Both the position numbers and the translations under genes were made by a program. A DNA stretch of 55,957 bases, the filler included, from Bipalium vagum (Eukaryota), in NCBI GenBank assembly GCA_037834085.1. It is 3 parts of 3 records of this genome, joined end to end, with 100 filler letters (N's around TTAATTAATTAA, not from the genome) between each part and the next. Parts side by side here need not be neighbours in the genome. Positions count along the whole stretch, not along the records: positions 38,617 to 55,957 come from JBBMKC010070404.1; 2 more parts are not named here. One strand, given 5' to 3'. Below, one piece after another: positions 52,001-55,957 of this stretch. Every line of letters starts with the position of its first letter. Position 1 is the first letter of the stretch. The notes beneath the pieces were generated by a model. It did no database searches, was not told the origin of the DNA, and saw only the letters and a program-made list of their open reading frames with translations.

Positions 52001-54514
52001 AAAATAGATATTTTTCTATTAGAAGAAAATCCTTTTTTTCAGAAATTCAAAACACATATAAATAAATGTATCCATTTATGGACCCTGGGCAGTTTACAAA
52101 AGTCGGTTAATGAAGACAAGGTCGTTTCAAAATCTGTCACTACTAATTCTATGCAGAAATGAGGAAAAAACGTGAGATTTTTTTCTTGAAAAATCCAATA
52201 AATATTGGCGGCCCATGATCATGAGTTATGGATTTTTAGTATGGTTGATAACTCCAAGAATCAAAAAATATTTTTGAACTGAAGATTAAAATCGTGTCAA
52301 TGAAGGGCGTCTATTGTGATCTATATCTAAATGAATGAGCGTGGCGCAAAAATATTCGATCAAGAAACTGCGAATAAATTTTTAAATAGTAAATTATTTG
52401 TATTTGCTATTCTTTTGTGATTCGTATCATTTCTCTTTTTTGACCGAGACGGTAAAAGAAAACATGATCCGAAAATTATTATAAATGATTAATAATCAAT
52501 AAAATTATAATCATTAATAATAATTAATAATAGAAAAAAAATGATTCTAGTCCCAGCCAAGCACAAACACGGTGAATCAGCAGAAAAGTTTCTCAACTCG
52601 GCAGTCAATGCCAACGAAGTCTGTTATCGACACGCTGTCCATGCAGCATCCAGTGGATAAAATTCTTCAAAACGGAAATGGTGATTGCAGATTGAAAAAC
52701 AGACCAATCAGTTGTCTTACAAAATAAAAATCATCGTTGTTGATAATATCGATTTGAGATTTCAGCACTTTTCTAAATGATCGATCGAACTTCAGTTGAC
52801 GTGTCAACGGTCAATTCGAATTAGCAGCCAAGAATTATCGGATATCATTGAGACATCAGACAAGCACAAAATTTTATCAATAACACTCTCAGTCAGATAT
52901 ACAAATCGATAATTGATGTTCAATAACAGAGAAAAGAAAGGAAGATCGTCATCCATCGTGGTAAACAGTAAATTAACAAAATAAGTATATCGATAAAAAA
53001 ACGATTGTATTTGTATATACCAACAAAAACACTGAAGATTTATATTATATATATGTAACCATGACAACGGTACATTTCTGCAGATAATGTTCACTTATAA
53101 CGCCCTTTTCAACCACAGCAACAAGAAGAGAGCAACGACAACAATAATCATCACCGCCTTCACCACAGATGAACACATTTCTTTCCACGCCGATTACCGT
53201 AACCATAACAACACATCCAGTAACCTAATAGAAATAAAACTGACTTTTTTTCCAAAGACAAAACAAAAAATAAATCGTCTTTTAGGTTTAAGTAAATCAT
53301 CGAAGCAATCACCCTCCACTTCCAGATGATCGGCAATCTCAAAATAATCTTTGCAACAAATTTGTAACGACGTTTTAATTCCTTTTTTCCTTGGGTTTAG
53401 AAATCGAAACTCCTTTCTCAAGTTATACCACTAATTTGTAGTTCCAGTCAAAAAAGTTGTTTATAATAATTTAATTATTATAAAATCGATAACAAGAAAA
53501 TAAAACGTGGAAAAATCGATAATCTTTTAAAATAAATATTTTTTGTTATTATTGTTAATAATCGTTAAATCAATTGATAATTTTAAAAAAAATGGTAATT
53601 GACATGGATTGATACGATAAAATCCAGAAAATGGAAATTGATCTTGACTGATATAGAGTAAATGATTACAAAGGCAAGACTTACCGAGTGTTTTCATCGA
53701 AACCCATCCCCGATTCTACAGTCTGGAGAATTTTATCGTCCCGCTGAACATGTGACACCAGAAAACTTTTGCGGGACCTATTTCTGTTGCCGCCCGCCAA
53801 ACGGTCATGGAAGCTGATCTTGAAATCTCCTAACTCAATCGTGCTGCCCTGCAAGCCGACTAGGTTGTCTTGATCGATGACCGGTCTGACGTAGCCCTTG
53901 ACAGCATCGGGCAGGTGGAAATACCACATCAGCCCGGTAATGGCATTCGGCTTGGCGTTGACTTCAACGCGGGCTATCCAATTCTCGCCACGTTTCACAA
54001 AAGATGTCGTTATGGTTTGACGCGAGTCCACGATTCGTTGTCTCGCAAAATTGCGCAAGTCGTGCATTTCCCAGTTAAAACTGGTTAGCTTGTCGTCAGG
54101 GTTGCAAGAGTAGCGAATGTTAGGCAGCTGCTGCTTGCCTAGTTGGTTGAACCACATTAGTCCGCCCAATAGAGACGCAGGTGATCTGTGCTTCAAACCG
54201 AAATATAAATGGGGCCGGTATGTTCCCCAGAAAAGAGACTTCTCCAACATATTGCTCTGGATTATCTTCTCCTTCGACAACGGTTGGTGGACCAAATTAA
54301 TTTTGTAATATATGTAATATCGATAGCCAAAGTACCCAAACACTCCAATAATAAAAAATATTATTGATGCAATTGCCAAGTACTGCTTATAATGTTCTAA
54401 TAATAAATTAGATTCTTTCTTTTTACTGCGACGTATTCGTATGCGGTCATTATTTGTTGACTCTGATATGCCATTTTTTATTCTTTGCCTTATTTCTGCT
54501 TTGCCTTTGCTCAT
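49009..54514 (-). CDS. MOGS: Mannosyl-oligosaccharide glucosidase (ER glucosidase I, GH63), complete
   Basis: Exons 54514-53685, 51517-50884, 50840-50639, 49911-49616 and 49506-49009, all GT-AG and in phase. Basic N-tail plus a type II TM; FWGTYRPHLYFG, FPRGFLWDEGFH, GWIPREQILG, SGFDDYPR, ERHVDLRCW, YWRGAIWININY, WEQY, PFAGWTSL. I prefer the ATG at 54514 (MSKGK) over 54565. Confidence 0.97.
51800..52400 (+). mobile_element. Merlin/ISXO2-like remnant in MOGS intron 1
   Basis: VSWRC, SIRRKSFF, IGGP, LWIFSMVD and YLNE*AWR fragments in the Merlin motif order. Confidence 0.6.
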
Positions 54515-55957
54515 GTCTAAAATGTCAAATATGTAAATAAATATAAAATAATTTCTGATAATCATGTAAATAATAACATCACTAATATAAATCAGCTTTT
54601 TAAATTTGAAATCAAATAAATTGACAAATATTTAATTTTAATCATTTAAAGAAAATGCAATTTTAAATTTTTAAATAATTTATAGAAAATTTAAATATTT
54701 TAGTAATATTTACGCAACTTCTAAATTATCATTTTTGCTTTTTAAGTTGATCAAAAGTCAAAATACAAGTTATGGTTTTAATAAGATTTTAGATTTTTTT
54801 GAAAATTTCAATAACATGTAATCATTCAATTAAGTATGATAATAAAAGGCTAAATTTTTCGAAATGGTTTTTCATTATATATTGGTTTAATCCTAGGTAA
54901 TAAAATAAAAATCGAAAATAACATGTACAGAGCTTAGTGAAATTTTAAGTTTTCTTTCTTTTATTAATTGAGATAGAATAGTAATAGTTAAAGAACATTC
55001 TTTTGTCAAGAAAAGAATTCGTTAATTCTATCTGTAGCCAGGGAATTTATAATAGCTGTTATGGTCCAGATTGTAGAATTACTTTCAAAGCTGCATGTTC
55101 AAGGATACACCTTCTTAGAGTCAGGATGCATCTTGGAAACTGTATCTCATCACCAGAATTACTTTTAATTGTAACGCAGAGTGAGTATGAGGACTCCTAT
55201 TTTTTTGTTATTATGCTATCTCGATTTCAATAGATACCTGGCATGATCATTCTCGGATCTTGTTATAAGATTGCATTCACATATACCAGACTTTCTATCA
55301 AATGCTGATTTTTAGGCGGAATCAAGCTGCCTGGGCACTAAATATATTATATTTGATTAGATTTTACATAAAAACGTATTAAAATAAAATCATACTGTTA
55401 AGTTTCTAAAAAGATAATATGAAGATTATTATTAATTTTTAGTTGAGTTAAGAAGATCAAAGTTGGACTTTTATGTTTATCAAATTTACTGGGTTAAGAA
55501 TATCGATAATGGGCTTCCTAGGAACTTCACATAAAATATATGCAAATTCAGAAGGATTTAGTGCGCGTACGTTCGAAGTTAAAATTTGAGTGACAATGAA
55601 AATGTTGATTAAAAACTTTGAACCTTTTAAACTTTTTAGCAAAAATTGATCGCAAACGATAAAATTTCAAACGATCAACTGAGTTAACAAATTGTTTTAC
55701 AAAATATATTTGATATGTCTGATAACTTTTTTTTGTTACAATTTTACTTTGGAGTTAAATTGGTTAATTTTGATCCGAGTTTTTATTGTCGGTTTGAGTC
55801 CGTTTTGCTCTTTCTAGAGAATGAATTTATATTGATTTTTTGTGTATCGATACTGAAAAACTTCAGTATTTATATTATTTTATTTTTAATTATAGTAACT
55901 TTATGTTACTATTTTTAGAATTCACCTTAAAATTTTTTACTATAAATTTATTTATAG

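Noticed and set aside
55003-55340. 76-aa plus-strand ORF and surrounding block
   Set aside because: No recognisable domain or consistent splice structure; probably a decayed repeat.
1-55957. CRISPR array, Fanzor/TnpB cargo, rRNA, snRNA or prokaryotic operon
   Set aside because: No repeat-spacer array, RuvC/zinc-finger motifs or structural RNA signatures seen; the window is intron-containing animal DNA.

Overview
Very AT-rich animal (most likely protostome invertebrate) nuclear DNA, in three contig segments joined by two artificial 100-nt spacers (44 N + TTAATTAATTAA + 44 N). Manual splicing recovers five intron-containing genes, most of them only partly visible in the ORF track: (1) a class A neuropeptide GPCR resembling the trissin receptor (minus strand, TM1-TM4, runs out of the window at base 1); (2) a small two-exon orphan protein with a divergent Sm/LSm fold (plus strand); (3) the 3' part of an anosmin-1/KAL1-like FnIII gene (minus); (4) the 5' part of XPG/ERCC5 (minus, cut by the second gap); (5) a complete five-exon MOGS/glucosidase I gene (minus). 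The shortest host introns are 42-52 nt. Introns and intergenic DNA are packed with decayed DNA transposons: many mariner copies from several subfamilies, Tc1/IS630-like and Merlin remnants, a pogo-like MITE, and a Stowaway-ended DD39D (plant-type) mariner derivative. The most unusual signals are host-sized 45-47 nt GT-AG leader introns or splice acceptors directly before the transposase ATG of several different mariners, the orphan Sm-fold gene, a trissin-like cysteine motif in the receptor's own N-terminus, and relic U12-type signals in XPG intron 1. All homology calls come from remembered family motifs; no searches were run.
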